Assembly (NCBI RefSeq): GCF_009914755.1
Contig: NC_060934.1
Strand: one strand, 5' to 3'
DNA: 64,000 bases
DNA from: the human T2T-CHM13v2.0 reference genome, Homo sapiens
The position numbers and the translations under genes are program-made. This document shows, piece after piece, positions 25,501 to 40,289 of the stretch; within the stretch, counting starts at the first letter, position 1; every line of letters begins with the position of its first letter. A model generated the notes under the pieces. It worked only from the letters and a program-made list of their open reading frames with translations, was not told where the DNA came from and made no database searches.

Positions 25501-26526
25501 TCTGCCGGCCTCTGTGACGGTGGCCCCACATGGCTGAGGCATAGGGGAGCCTGGGCTGGGGGCTGCAGTAGCTGCTGGGTCTTCATCTTCCTCCTAAATA
25601 ACCATTTTTTAAAAAGACCTGCTCTATGCCAGCCCTGACACCGGACGCTGGGGTGTCAGTGACAAGTAAAATCCAGTCTCAAGTCTCAAGGGGGTTAAAT
25701 CTCTGGGGCAAGGCCATGTAGGTTTGGTTTTGGATAAGGAACTTGTGGAATTCTGTTCAGATCAACCCACCAGTTGACCTTTAACATATCACTTCATGGG
25801 TCCCTGCCCCACCCCCGTCTGCAAAATGGGCCTCGAAGGCTGGAGCTAATGAGCTAATGGCTGGGACCAGGACCTCAGAAACGTGTTAAGTACACTACGT
25901 GCAGGGCCCCCATTAAAGCCATAATCTGCCGGCTGAGCGGGCACCACTTTGCAAGTGGACTCTGAGTGACCACAGATGGGCACCCGACGGAGGGCTGTGG
26001 CTGCAGGACAGGGGCATCCCTCCCCTTTTAAAGTAGTGCTCACCTTGGGGGCCCCAGCCTCCCTGACATTCTCAGGTAAACCTCCCTCAGGCCCCAGCCC
26101 CAGTCCCAGCCAGCAAGAGCGTTGTGTCTCTGCTCAGCCACCATCCTGTAGTTTCGCTAATGCCCTCTAATGGGCCCATTTAGCAGCCCTGTCTCAGCTG
26201 TCACTGCAGCAGCTAATTGCTACTCCTCCTCCAGCTACACACAGAGCTCTGCAATCAGCCTGACGATTCCACGCCGCCCAGCTCAAACTAGCTGAGGCGC
26301 TGCAGACCTCAGCCAACAAGGAGCTTCTCCAATCCCCCAGGTGCCATGTTCTTGCTGTTGTTTCCTGGGGCCCCTGAAGTGCCTGACCCTGAGCAAGTTC
26401 AAGGAGCACACAGGGAGGAGGAGCCAGGGACAGAGTCAGAGTCAGTAGGCACAGAGCTCTTGGCAGCCTGGGATGAGGAGGGGAGTCACAGGGACCCTGA
26501 ATGGGAATAGAGTTCCAGTCTCGCAA

Positions 26527-27010
26527 CTGTGTCTTGTCTTATAGCAGGAGCTCCCCAAAGCAGACTCTGGGTCAAAGATTCAACTGCAAGTAATTTGCTT
26601 AGGAGATGCCCCCAGGAAGTGCTACGAGAGAGGCAGAAGGCAGGCAGGGAGGCAGGAAGCAGGGAGAGCCATGAAAATGTGTGGTAAGGAGGTTACAGCT
26701 CAGGTCCTGGCTTGGGCCCCCAGGGAGTGCCCTCTGAGAGCCTATGTGGAAGCAACCTCAGAGCTTTCTCTCTGGAAGGTCGATGAAGCTGTGTTGCTAA
26801 CCCACCAACTTCCACCCTCATAGGTGAGGGCTGCAGCTTTTCTGGCACTTCTGGCTTGCCCTGGGCTTGCCCTGGCAGAGTGAGAGCCCTGAGTCAGGGA
26901 GACTCTGGGAGCCAATTGCATGCTTGGGAACTGCCTGCCCATGACACCCAGGGGAACCCGATGGGCCGGCATGGACAGCTTCTGCCACTGGCTCCCAAAA
27001 CAGCAGTGCA
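26527..27010 (-). mobile_element. Old ERVL LTR (LTR33/LTR41-like)
   Basis: cccaaagcagactctgggtcaaagattcaactgcaagtaatttgcttaggagatgcccccaggaag resembles this family's consensus as I recall it. Confidence 0.5.
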
Positions 27011-30000
27011 CACATAGGAGGAGGAAGCAGGACGACTTCTGGATTAGAGCCTCTGGGCTTACAGGAACCAACTCTGAGCTGAAGCCACTGGCCAGGCTCT
27101 TGAATATGATAAGAGAATCACAGCATGCGGCTCAGCACGTGGCTCAAGGCGGATGTCAGCCCCGCTGGACACCATGCTCCCCTCAGCCCTGCATCTTCTT
27201 TCAGGCTGTCCCTTCTGCCCGGACAACGCTCTCCCACTCCCCTCCCCTCCTCACCCCTAGTCCCTTCACCTAATTAACTCCTGGGCATTCCTCGGGGCTC
27301 TGTCTTAATGTCACCTCCTCTGAGAGCCCTCCTTGATGCTCCAGATTGGGTCAAGCATATTATGAACCATCACAAGGCCATGCATTCCTCCTGCAGAACC
27401 TGAGCTCAACAGAAATAAATCAAAACTTCACTCACCAGGGTATCCTCAGAGTTCATTGCCACATCTGCCTCATCATAATTTTTCTTAAATGAGTGAATGA
27501 ATGAATAGGTTTCAGGGGGCCTGTTCTGGGTCAGATACAGAAGGAGAATGTGTGTGATCCAGGGTCCACCTGGAGTTGCAGTGGATGGACCAGGAGGTAA
27601 CCAGTTGGCGATATGCTGGAGGGGACAGGGACTGTTACCCTTCCCAGCTGGCTCTTCCCTGGAGTGTACAGAGGGCTGGGGTGTGCCCACCCCTTTCCCC
27701 ACAGCTTCTGCACCCTAGGCCTGGCACCGTGGTGTGTGCTGTACCCTCTCCAAAATCCACCACCCTCCAGTGATAACAGACTGCAGTGTCGGGGATTCAA
27801 AGACACCTCTGGAAGTTTGTGCTCAGGTGGACACCCCTGCAAGGCCAGGGCCCTTAAAGGGGAGGCAGTGCTTTTGAACAGTGGGTCTAGGGGTGTAGAG
27901 TACACTTCCCTGCAGGGCTCTAGCCCTGAAAAGTCAGGGGAGCCAGAGGGCTTTGCTCCCAGCCACAATGTGGGCCTGGGAATCCATGGCTGCCCTGGGC
28001 CTCAGTCCCACGCTGCCTTCTCACAGGCCAGTGAGAGGACAGATGGGACCCCCTGCAACCTTCACAAGATGGCATTGAGTCAGAGGGACCTGAGCTTCCA
28101 CACTATTAGGGGAGGCAAAGACACATGAACTGGCAGCTACTTAGCACCATCCCGGGAGCCAACCTGTATAAGGAAGAAGGCTTCGGTCACCTCCTGGGTC
28201 CTGGCTGGGGGTTCCCCAGGGTTTGTTGACCTTGAGTGGCCGAGGCTTCTCAGATTCCCTCTTTCTGCTCACCTCATCTGCTGCATTTCCCTCAGAAGGC
28301 CAGGCCGGCCTTTCTCCTCTCCTCACTCTATCTCCTGCCTTCTTCCTTGGCAAGCTCTTCTACTCTTGACCTCACCACCTGCCATGCGGATGGCCTCAAA
28401 TCTCTTCACCTTCAGACCCCACATATTTGGCGGTAAGGAGACATCTCTACCTGGAGGTCCCTCAGCAACCTCCAACCCCACCTGTCCCCAGGTGACCACA
28501 TCCTCTCCTTGTCCAAAGTCTGCTAACTTCGTGCACCATCCATCTGGTCACCCAAAGCGGAACCCGAGGACCACTCTTGACTTTCCCACCTGCTCCCCAG
28601 CCCAGCGGCACAGTATGCATGTCTCCCCTGTTAGATGTCCGTCCTCATCTTGTCACCTCTGTGACCACACCCCTAGCGCGCGTCCTCATCACCTTCACTT
28701 GAATAAATGCCTTGGCCTCCCCCTAACTTAAGCCTTGCCCCTGTTCCCATTCCCTTTCACTCTGTATGACACATCAGAGCTGAAGGTCTTTCCAAAACAT
28801 CACCTTCTTTTGAAAACCCTTCGATAATAGACTCTTGACCAAGGATGAAGTCCAAGCTCCTTGGCATGTCCTATTTGGCAGCGCAGCCTCCTCCCATGGC
28901 GCCCTGACCCTGACTCCACACTCCAGCCATTCTTTCCTCTGAGTGGGCCACGCTTTCTCACCTACAGGGCTTTGCATTTGCTGTTCCCTTTCCTCTGAAT
29001 GCCTGGGCCTTGGGACTTCCTAATAATTCCCCAAACCCTCATGTGCTATCAGAGGTGAGTAAGTGTGGAGCAGTCATTACAAAATGCTTCCTTAGCAAGC
29101 GAATGTTGGGTGAGGGTGTGAAAGGGGCAGCACCACCAAGGAGTTAAGAACTCAGGCTCCAGCATCAGAGGGAGTCCAACAGGACACATCCTGGCCCTGC
29201 ACTTAGCTGCAGGTGGGAAAGTCAAGCGTGACCCTAGGGTTCTGCTTTGGGTGACTGGATGGATGAAGTTAGCAGACTCTAGACAAGAAGATGTGGTCAC
29301 TTTGGGACAGGTGACTTCTTTAAGCCTCCATTGCCTGACATGAGATGAGAGAGACCATATGCATCTTTTGGGGTGCTAGTGGGTTTAAATGAGGTGATCT
29401 AGGTCTTCTGGTGTCGGGTGTGATGCGGGTCCTCCCTTGGCCCCATCCTCTCTGGGGCTGGCCAGAGAAACACTGCTGTTGGCCATTGGCCTCCCTCTCC
29501 CCTCAGCCTGGCAGAGTCCTGCCCAAGCAGCTGGAGAGATCTGAATATCACTGCGGCCTTCCCAGGAGGACAGCAGGGAGGACCAACCGTCACGGCTGCC
29601 CCCCACAGAGGGGCAGCAAGGCCCTGGGAGGGCAGGTCCGTCAGAGGAGAGGCTCCGCATGCTGCCCCGGGTGGGCCACACAGCTTCCCAAGAACACAGA
29701 CAGCACAGCGCGTGAATGCAAAGGCCTCTTTGAGTTGTGCTGATGTGTCTGACAGTGACAGTCTTGGGGCTGGCAGCTGATGTGTCCTGACAACCCCCTT
29801 CGCTCCTGGAATCCTGAGAGTAAGGGGTTGAGCACGTGAGGGTTTGCCAACTCTGGAGGCCCCAAAGGACCAGTCAGCTGAGTGTTGGCTGGGCTGGGAT
29901 CCTCTGGGAGGCTCAGGCTCTGCTGTCCTCTCCCACTCCCCACCTTTGTCCCTGGGATGGTGGCTGTGCCAGACCAGCCCTCAGGCTCAGGGCTGGTCTC

Positions 30001-31233
30001 TGAGCAAGCATGAAGAGCCTCGCAGTCACCTGCCCATCCCTCATATGTGGCAGAGACCCAGAGAGACGAAGAGACTGACCTGTCACACCCTGCAAGGTCA
30101 TAGGCTAGCCCAGGCCTCCAGGCTCCCCACATCAGGGTCCAGGACTCACTGCATGGCAGGGGGATAAGCAGCCATCACAGGACATCTTGACCAGCCCAGG
30201 CTGGCCTCCCCGAAGGGTCCCCTCAGCCCATCTGCTTTCCATCATCACATGTTCTAGTAACATAAAGCCGGGATTGTCCAACCTCAAGAATCCACTGGGT
30301 GTGGCCAGGCTCCACCCACCCTAGGCCCTGTGGTCTCAAAATAAAAACAACCCTCAACATCCTCTTTGTCAGAACTCCCTAATACCCTCTGCTCACTGAC
30401 AGCCAAGGTAGCGCTCTGTTCCCAGGGCCACATCCTCAGGTCTTTCTGGGCAGAGCCTGACAAAGGTCTCCAGGGAAGCCACCCCTCCAGGTGCCTGAGC
30501 CATGTCATGTGGCCACAAGGGCCCACCCTGTTCCCAGCCTGGCCTGAACAGCACAGTCCTCCTGCATGTGGCTGGCCCCCTCCTCCTGGGCTCCCCTCCC
30601 TCACATCCCTCTGAGACAGATTTTGTCTCTTCGTGCATCAATTATTAATTTGCTCCAGCTACATTAAGCCTGGGTTGGTCTGTTGGCTGCTTCATCATTC
30701 TCCCTGGGGTGCAGGAGGCAGTGGTTGGGGCTGGAGGCACTGAGGCAGAGAGTTCAAGAGAAGCCAGGACTCCAGCCCTGCAGACGCCCTAAGTGCACAA
30801 AGCCTGAACCAAAGGACCCTTCAAGATCAGGGGTCTTGAAGACCTATTAATAACAGATAGGGAAACTGAGGCCCAGAGAGGGGACGGTGCCTGCCAAGGG
30901 CAAACAGTGGTCTGTGCTCAGCTCTTCCCAGGACACTTGATCTTCCATCAGCCACATGGCTCTGACCCTCTCTTTTCTGTTTGACATCCTCCATCCTGCT
31001 GCTCTAACTGACCCAAATACACCCAGGGGACGCCCTACGAGTCATGAGGGGTCAAGTGGGCTTTACAAGGTCACAACCGAGTGATACAGAAAGCAGAGAT
31101 TGCATCGTGATGACCAAGAAACAGCCCCATCCACCAGACTAGTTTCCCAAGCCTCTTCACGTTAACAAGGGTCTCTCCCACCAAAAACGCCTCTGGTCAG
31201 TAAGTTAGGAAACACTTCAAACCACAGACTTTC

Positions 31234-31594
31234 TGCCTTAGTCTGTTTGGGCTACTATAACAAAAATACCTTAGACTGGGTAATTTATAAACAGCATACA
31301 TTTATTGCGCATGGTTCTAAGGGCTGTAAAGTCTGAGATCAAGGCGCCAGCAGCTTTGGTGTTTGGTGAGGGCCCATTCTTCATGGACGGCACCTGGTTG
31401 CTGCACCCCTACATGGCAGAGGGACATGCAGGATCTCCCAAGCCTCTTTTCGAAGGGCATTAATTCCATTCATGTTGTTAGAGCCCTCATGCCCCAATCA
31501 CCTCCCAAAGGTCCCACCTCTTAATACAATATTGAATTTGGTATTAATTTTCAACTATGAATTTTGAAAGGACACACATATTCAGACCGTAGCA
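31234..31594 (-). mobile_element. MaLR solo LTR (MLT1A-like)
   Basis: tgccttagtctgtttgggctactataacaaaaatacc..ttcagaccgtagca; imperfect 5-bp TSD ctttc/ccttc. Confidence 0.85.
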
Positions 31595-31959
31595 CCTTCT
31601 CAGGGAGCCACAAGATGCCTCATGGTGTAGTGAAGGCTCTGAGAAGGTCTGCAGGGGAGAAACCAGTGCAGCTGTGACAGACCCAGGGTGTCTCAAATTG
31701 TTTGATGGTGGAATGCTTGAGACTCACTGTGTTCTGCAGACCCCAGATCTCACTGGGTTCTGTGGGACTTTTCGAGGAACAAGCTGAGATCCTATCAATC
31801 TGCTCCCCACCAAATGCAACTGGCAAGTGGCCAAGTAAAGGAGCTGCTTGGGTGATGACCCCAAGGGAAGAGAAGTAGGAAGAGTGTGGCTAGGCTCCCT
31901 GGTGATGCCCTCCTTGGCTGTGGGCCTGAGTAAGTCACTCAACTTGATGGGCAAGGTAA

Positions 31960-32390
31960 TGGAGTGGAAAGAGCTGGAGCTTTGGAGTGCCACAAACCTG
32001 GTCTCAAGTCTGCCATTCGTTCTACCAGATGTACTCATCCTAATAAATAGTTACCATGCATTCAGTCTTCCTAAAGTTCCATCCCACATATTGTCGGTCA
32101 TAATCCCTATTTTTTTTTTTCTGTTGGGGAAACAGGCTCAGAGAGCTTGAGTCTCTTGCCCAATGTCACAAACATTATTGGATCCTCCTGCAGTCTGGCT
32201 CCAAAGCCCATGCTGCTAACCATAATGTTGTACAGCCTCTAGGAATAAATCAATGCCTCTCTCTGGGCCTCAACTTCTCAGCTGTCAATGGGGGATTAAG
32301 GATACTTCTTTCTCAGGCTTGTTATGAAGCAAGCACCTCCCCGTGGTGCCTAGTACATAGTAGGAGGTTAATAAATGGTGGATTTCTTTT
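31960..32390. mobile_element. Nested MIR fragments in both orientations
   Basis: gggaaacaggctcagagag..cttgcccaatgtcaca (-) and ctctctgggcctcaacttctcagctgtcaatgggg..gtgcctagtacatagtagg (+). Confidence 0.65.
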
Positions 32391-32886
32391 ATCTTCCTTT
32401 TGGATTCTATCCATAAAAATAGGATGAAGTCTTTACTCCAACAAAATGGACTGAGCCTCTTGGGTGCTACTGTCAGGGGGACTGGGGTATGTGGAGGGAG
32501 AGGTTAGGGGATGGGCGTCTATCTATCCCCAGGCCTGTAGACTGCAGGCTGACTTAAGGCAGCCTCAGGGGAGGCCTGGCTCTAAGACACATTTTTAAGG
32601 TGTCTTTCTCCTCCCCATTTGCAAAACTGAGTTTTGAATTGCAAGTGGTCAGACTGCAATAAATATCCCTGGAACCCACAGCACGTAATGGTTTATAAAT
32701 TGTGGCTCATAATTCAACTGGTGCCTGGGTCGCCGGCTCCCGCTGCCACCGGTTCTCCAGCCCTGCAGCCTGCACAAGTGCCTGGTGAAGTCATGAATCA
32801 GGAATAAGGATCGCCCTGCTAACTCAATTTCACTTGTCAGCTTTAAGCTTTCATACTGCACTCTAAGTTCACACAAATACCACAAA

Positions 32887-32950
32887 ATGTGTGTGCATGC
32901 ATGTATATATATATATATATACATATGTATATTTACATATATAAATAAAC
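32887..32950. repeat. (TG)/(TA)n microsatellite
   Basis: tgtgtgtgcatgcatgtatatatatatatatatacatatg. Confidence 0.85.
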
Positions 32951-35900
32951 TATACTGCTGTTATGTAATTCCCTCAGGACACAAAAACCTTTTCTGGCAA
33001 GAGCCTCATGTTTCCAGCCTTTGAGAGATGTTGACACGTTAAGTTCCCCATCTTCACTCCCCAGCATCCCTTCCCCCCGCAATTCAGGACTTTCCTCTGG
33101 TTTAGTACAGGAGTTCCTCTCCAGTGCAGTTGGAGAAACTCATATTAGCTCTAAGCAGGAACTTCCCTAGGCAAGTTTCAGTGCCTTAGAGTGACAGCAA
33201 GCCTGAGTGTGGGGAAGGAGACTCAGGGGCCTCCCGTCCCACCCTCTGGTTCCAGAGACTCTGTGATGCATCCATACGCAGAAGTTCAGCAGATAGGTCA
33301 GCAAAGAAACCCAAACTCTCCAAGCCAGGCTGCCTGGGGAGTGTCCACGCCAGTACCAGAGCTTCAGAGCCTTTCCAGAGCCCTGTCTTGGGGAAGCTGG
33401 AGGCCCAGTGCCGAGTGGTGACTCGACCCTTGCAGTGGCCTCTCACCACAAACTCTGAGACCGCTCCTCTGAGGGCAAGTTGGCTGTTCCTGAATCAGGT
33501 ATTTTGGCTTTCCTTTCACATTTAGTTGTAAAATTAGGAATTTTCAAATTGTTGGATCCAGTGAACTGTGCGTGTATATATATATATATGGGGCTCTAGG
33601 CAGGGGTAGGGGGGAGGCGCCTATATTTTTTTCACCCACCCACTTTGTGACTTTGGGAAAGTGGTTTGGCCTCTCTGAGCCTCCATCTCCTCGTGTAAAA
33701 GAGAAGGCAGTGACAGTCAAGCAGAGGGTGGTGACTATGTGGGTTCAATGCAGGGATGCCAAGCACAAGGCCCAGCCCTCGGAGAAGGCAGAGAGCCAGT
33801 GCCCTCAGGATCTCTCACCTATGGGCAAAGACAGCCATCTTACAGCCTGGGGGAGGAGGCACCAGGCCTGCCCAACCCATCAATCCCACCAATCCCACAG
33901 CCCCGCCTGGGCGCTGTGAAGGGAACAAGTGTGTGTTCATGCTGGGTAATGAGAAGCGTCATCAGTAAATGAAGAATCTCCTAATTACCCAGACGTCCCT
34001 GGGAGGATTTGTGAGGCTGCAGGTGGTGGCTAAGGCCCTGGTGCTGAGCGGTGGGGAGGGAGAGGGTGGCGGAGTTTGTGGGCAAGGGGTTCTGTGTTGC
34101 CCAGAGCAGACCCTGACCCTTGTGGATAGATCCCCAGAGCCTGGGAAAAAGCCACCAGCCAGTGGTCCAGTGCTGGAGCTGGGTGCCTGGGGTGTGTCAT
34201 CTGCAAAATGAGGAATGGGTGCCAGGGCATGGCTAGACTCAGGACTCAGGGCCATTGAGCTTGCTCTGCCTTGAAAGAACACGCTGGCCTTAAGCAATTA
34301 CTTTTTCCTCCCTGAGCCTCAGTTTCCTTACCCGCCAATGGCAATGATGGCAATTGCCTTGTCAACTTGATAGGTTGTGGGGGGCCAAGGCCCAAACAAA
34401 CACAGACTGGAAATGTACATGCCAGACTGCAGAGGGCCCACACAGTCGGAAGAGTTGGGGGCAGCCACCCCAGGCCTCCCACCCATGTGACTCAACTCAA
34501 ACTCAATCATGGGAACCCTGCAACTGCTGCAGGAACTGCGTTTTTCCCAGGAGGGTTTTGGAATCTTCAGGATCATATCTGAAGTTCCCCTGGAAACCTC
34601 CTGAATCCCTGGCAGAGCTAAGGTAGGGCCACCCACTTCCTATTTTCTGACTGTGGTTTTTGACTAGTGTGTTCCCAAAGCACTTCTGTAGGGAAGGGGT
34701 GGGGAGGGATGCTGGGGCCTTCTGTGTGAGAGTTCACTTGAAAACCTTTAGCTGTGGGGCCATTTTCAGACATTTTTATTAAGTGATATCTTGTATCAGA
34801 TGATCATTATCACTGTCCTGTTTGGCAGGTGAGAAAACGGAAGCACAGAAAGGTCAGTGACTCACCCGGGGTCACACAGCAGTGCCCGTTTCTCCAATTC
34901 CCCTGCTGAGCTCCTGTGGCCTCACCTTCTAGATCTCCCATCAGTGTCTTCCCCTTCCTGAGCTATGGCTGTTGGAGTAAAGAATGTTCATTGACATGCT
35001 CCTCCCCCATTTGACAGACAGGGAAACTGAGGCACAGAGCAGGGCTCTCTCAGGTGAGAGCTGGGCTGAGATGAGGCAGAGCATCTGTGGCCACTCCTGT
35101 CTGCACCATTACCCAGCAGTCTCCCCATTCGATGCCCTGCCCTGCATCCCATCTCCATCTCTCCCATCGGGTGGGGTGGTCCAGGAAGACACGGTAAAGA
35201 CAGAGTGATGACAAACAACTGCCTGGGAGAGATAATCCACTATTGAAACACACCTGCTGTTCTAATTATAAAGGAGACCAAATTGGGTTTAAATTGGAAT
35301 TAATTGGATGCCTCCTTATCCACGCCATCTATCTTGCACTCGCCAGCCCTCTGGACGAGCAGGATGGAAGAAAGAGGAATCTCATCTTCTCGGCCACTGA
35401 ACACGTGTCCCTGAAGGCGGCCTGCGCCCAGCCCCCAACCCCTAATCCCTTTAAACGTTTCAAGGAGCACAGACAATGGGAGCTGGGGTGCCTGGACCCC
35501 TCCTCTGTCTACCTTGCCAGAGGGGGATGAAAGGGGATTAGGTGACTCTGGAAGCGGGTGGGAGGGTCATACCCCAAAGGACCAGCCCTGCAGGAAGCAG
35601 GCGGGGCCAGGGCAGCTTGGAAATGCTCGCTGGAGTGCTGTGTTGGGCTGGGAGATGACAGGTCTGGACATAAAGCAAAACAGCCTGGGAGCAAGTTGGG
35701 GAGGGGGACTTTGTAGATGGGTCCTCAGGTTGAAGGCCTTGAAAAAGAGGGAAAGAGGTCCTCTAGCAAGCAAAATAGGAGGCCAAGGCCAACGGTGCTG
35801 AGGGTACAATCAACTATTAGCTCTTTGTATTAATAACAAGATGGTGGGTAATACCCCATCCAGAAACGACTGTTCCCTTGTGATCCTTGGCAGGCGACAC

Positions 35901-37299
35901 CCTGTGTTATTAAAGAATTTCCTGCTTCAGTTGGGCTGGGCATTCAAGGCCTTTGTCATATGCCTTTAGTCAGCCAAAGCACTCGCTATTCCCTTGGGGC
36001 CTCAAACGGGTGGCCCACGGGCCAGACATAGACACACACGCACACAAATACACACATGCACACAAACACAGACACACTTACCTTCGTGTCCCCATTCAGC
36101 ACACCTAGAATTCTACCCTCTCCACAGATATCCCACATCTAGAATTCTATTCCCAGTACACGGACCCAGAATGTCCCCACCCACATCTAAATTTGAGTGC
36201 TCCACCCACATCTAAAATTGCCCCACACCTAGAGCCTTCCATTCAGCCTTATGCACACTGGAACCTTTTCCCTGTCTCACTACTTCTGCATTGCTTTGGG
36301 ACACCGTCCCTCTCCTCACTCCTGGAACCATGCCCCCCACATCTGTAACATCTCCCTCTCCCTCTATTATCACATCTGGCTCCTACATCCACACGGAGTC
36401 ATCATCTCAAACCCCAAATCCACAATACTGGGAATATTGCCCTTCCCCCTGCACATAAAACAGGACCCCGGAAAGCCTGAGCCCCCTCGTCTTCTTGCCT
36501 CCCACCCTGAGCGCTGGCTCCTCCAGACCCATGTCCCTCCCCATGCCCTAGGGAAAAAGTGCTTTCGGGCTCTGCCCGAGTGAATGAGACACACCTGCAG
36601 GGGGATATTAGGACTCATTTCCAACCGAGGAGATTTCCTTCTCTTCTATGCATGAAGTAAATATTTGCTTAATTTCCTAGTTCTGAGCATGATTCATGGA
36701 GCATTTTAGGCAGGCTGAGGGTTGGGCAGATGCTGGGAGATCTCAGCTCCTGGATGGCAGGAGAAGGAAAAATGGAGAGAGCAGAGTACTGGCCTAGGGA
36801 AGAATATTTCCAGCTTCCAGGCCTTGTGAACTGTGCAGGTAATTCAGGCTCCCTGACCAAAAACTGCCATGTTAAAATAAAGCATCACCCTTGAATTAAA
36901 CAGTCTATGAGATCCTCTAGCAAGCAAAATGTGGGTCTGAGACCAGCTGTGCTGGATCTACCATAAACTCTCAGCTCCTTGTAACTGAAAGGTGAGTAAT
37001 GCCCTGCACAGAAACCATTGCTATTCCAGGCAAAAGGGAATGGAATCCTTTTTTCCAGAGATTGGAACCACAGTGGGTTAGAGATGGTGCAAACACAGGC
37101 TTCAGGCTTTGGAAAGCCAGGAGCTAGGATGGTGGGGACAGCTACTATATGCTTCTAAAGAAGTGAATGCACGTTTTGGTGAGAGGGAGTGAGGCTAAGA
37201 GAAGCTCCGTCATGGCTGGCAGGTAGACAGGAGAGAGGCTGATTTCTGAGGATGACTTAAATGATAGGCCAGACCAGATAAAATCTACCAGCCAGATAT

Positions 37300-37860
37300 G
37301 CGTTCAGCAAATTCTTGAGCATGTATCGTTTGCTGGGCCTGGTGCAGAGAGTCTGGGATAGAAAGGTGAGGCTGCTGTAGCTGAGGGAGGAGAGAGGAGC
37401 TGTGTGGTGTGGGGCTGTGGACCTGTGGGAGCCCAGAGGGTCAGGAAAGTCTCCAGGAAAGGGGGCCGTTGGACTGGGTGTGGAAGACGGGGCACTTTGC
37501 CAGACAGAGGAGTGGAGGGAGTGAAGGTGGGTAGGGCATTTGCAGAGGCATAGGGGAGGGATGGACCAGGGCTGGTCAACCTGAGGCCATGTTAATGAGC
37601 TTGGTCTAGACACTTGAGTACAATGGGGAACCTCCAAGTGGTGTGGGGGATTGGCAGGTTTAATGTGGCAGCAGAGAGATCTGTGAGAAGCTGGTACCTT
37701 GATTCAGAGATGAAGGTCTGATAAAAGCCACAGCGGTGGTATGGAAATAAGTGAATGAACACAATTCTGAGCTAGCATTGGTGATTCACAGGCTGTAGAG
37801 GGGAAAGGATGGAGGAGTTGAAGATGACGCAGAGGCCTCTAGCTAAGGCAACCAAGTGGA
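37300..37860 (-). mobile_element. L2 LINE fragment
   Basis: ttcagcaaattcttgagcatgtatcg..gggtcaggaaagtctccagg..ggagttgaagatgacgcagagg. Confidence 0.6.
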
Positions 37861-38393
37861 AAGAATCTACTCCGCATTTTGCCAAAGAAAATGAATGAAA
37901 TCAGCCATGCTTCCGACAGGCCAAGCATACGCTGCCTCCCCCATCCAGGCCTCAGCATCTCTCCCGGTCACGCCGATACCTGAAAACAGTGTGCAGAGGG
38001 GACACGGGCCTCAGCCCTCCCATAACATCCCAGAAGGAAAAGTTTAATCTTTAGAAACATGATAGAATTGTCAAAAGCCCATACATTGAGAAGCGAGAGG
38101 CCTGATTTTATTTCTGCGGCAACAGTTTAAAAAAAAATCTTCCATTAAAAAACTAAATAACAAAAAGCATGAGTCCTGGGGAAGGTTGGAGAGGAGTAGA
38201 CAAAGAATAAGAGAAACCACTCACCCCTGAACCAAAGGATGCTTCAGCATCATGGACAGCAATACACCAAAAAAGGTGGCAAAACATTTCGTCATGCAGC
38301 ATCATGGGCTCACAGTAGAAGATAACTGTCAGCCACCTGCAGCTGTATGCAAAGTCGTATAATAGGCTGAGTCATTAAGAATTCGGTATTGTA

Positions 38394-38696
38394 GGCCAGG
38401 CACAGTGGTTCATGCCTGTAATCCCAACACTTTGGGAGGCCGAGATGGGTGGATCACCAGAGGTCAGGAGTTAGAAACCAGCCTGGCCAACATGGCAAAA
38501 GCCTGTCTCTACTAAAAATACAAAATTAGCCGGGAGTTGTGGTGCGTGCCTGTAATCCCAGCTACTCAGGAGGCTGAGGCAGGAGAATCGCTTAGAACCT
38601 GGGAGGTGGAGATTGCAGTAAGCCAAGATCACACCACTGCACTCCAGCCTGGGCAACAGAGGGAGACTCTGTCTCACAAAAAAAAAGGAAAAAAAA
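38394..38696 (+). mobile_element. Alu (AluSx/Sz-like)
   Basis: Full Alu; imperfect TSD aagaattcggtattgta / aagaattcaatattgta. Confidence 0.95.
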
Positions 38697-39409
38697 AAGA
38701 ATTCAATATTGTAGATGCTTTAGTATTTTCTGTCTATCCTCAGGAGAGGATGACCTTGGAGGCAGAGAGCTTACCACCATGCAGAGGGGAGAAACTAACT
38801 GCTGTGTTTCCATGCCACTCACCTCCCCAGTAAAGGTAAACAAGCTCCTCCAAGGTTCTAGGCTGGGACATGATGCTCAGGATCATCCAGCACTTTGAGA
38901 AAGAAAAGAGCAGTGGGAAGGAAGACTATGTGTGTTGGGATTGAGAGGCACAGGACAATTGGCACCTGAGTGTTATTGTGATGGGAACAGTCCTTCAGCC
39001 TCCCAGGAAGGGAGAGAACATGGACCTCCCACAGGCTCACTAGGCGAGGCTGTGATGACTGTATGGTCACTGTATGGCAAGGCCAAGGACCTTTGGCCTA
39101 CCTGGCAGTGAAGGGATGGACTCTCCAGTAGAGCCACCAACCTTGGAAGGGAGTGTGTACTTGATTAAGGCTAAGCAAGGAGGAATGGTGGTGAAGACTC
39201 CATACATCTAGCAAAGCCGTGGGGCCCAGCCTGCTGTTGCAGGACTCTTATAAGCCTGGGACATATGTTCAGCCCAAGGCTTGGGAGGAAATCTGGAAGG
39301 TTATTGGTATTATTTGGTGGTCACAGAAGCTGGATTTAATTTGGTTTAGAAAGGCTAAATAAATGTGGCACTAGGTATACCTTTAGCATTGTGGAATAAT
39401 TATACATCG

Positions 39410-40260
<851 letters not shown>

Positions 40261-40289
40261 GTGGGAGAGGGGCATTTTGGGAAGTTCAC

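Noticed and set aside
38860-39405. Possible ancient LTR (tataag, aataaa, ends in aca)
   Set aside because: No family recognised with confidence; needs a Dfam search
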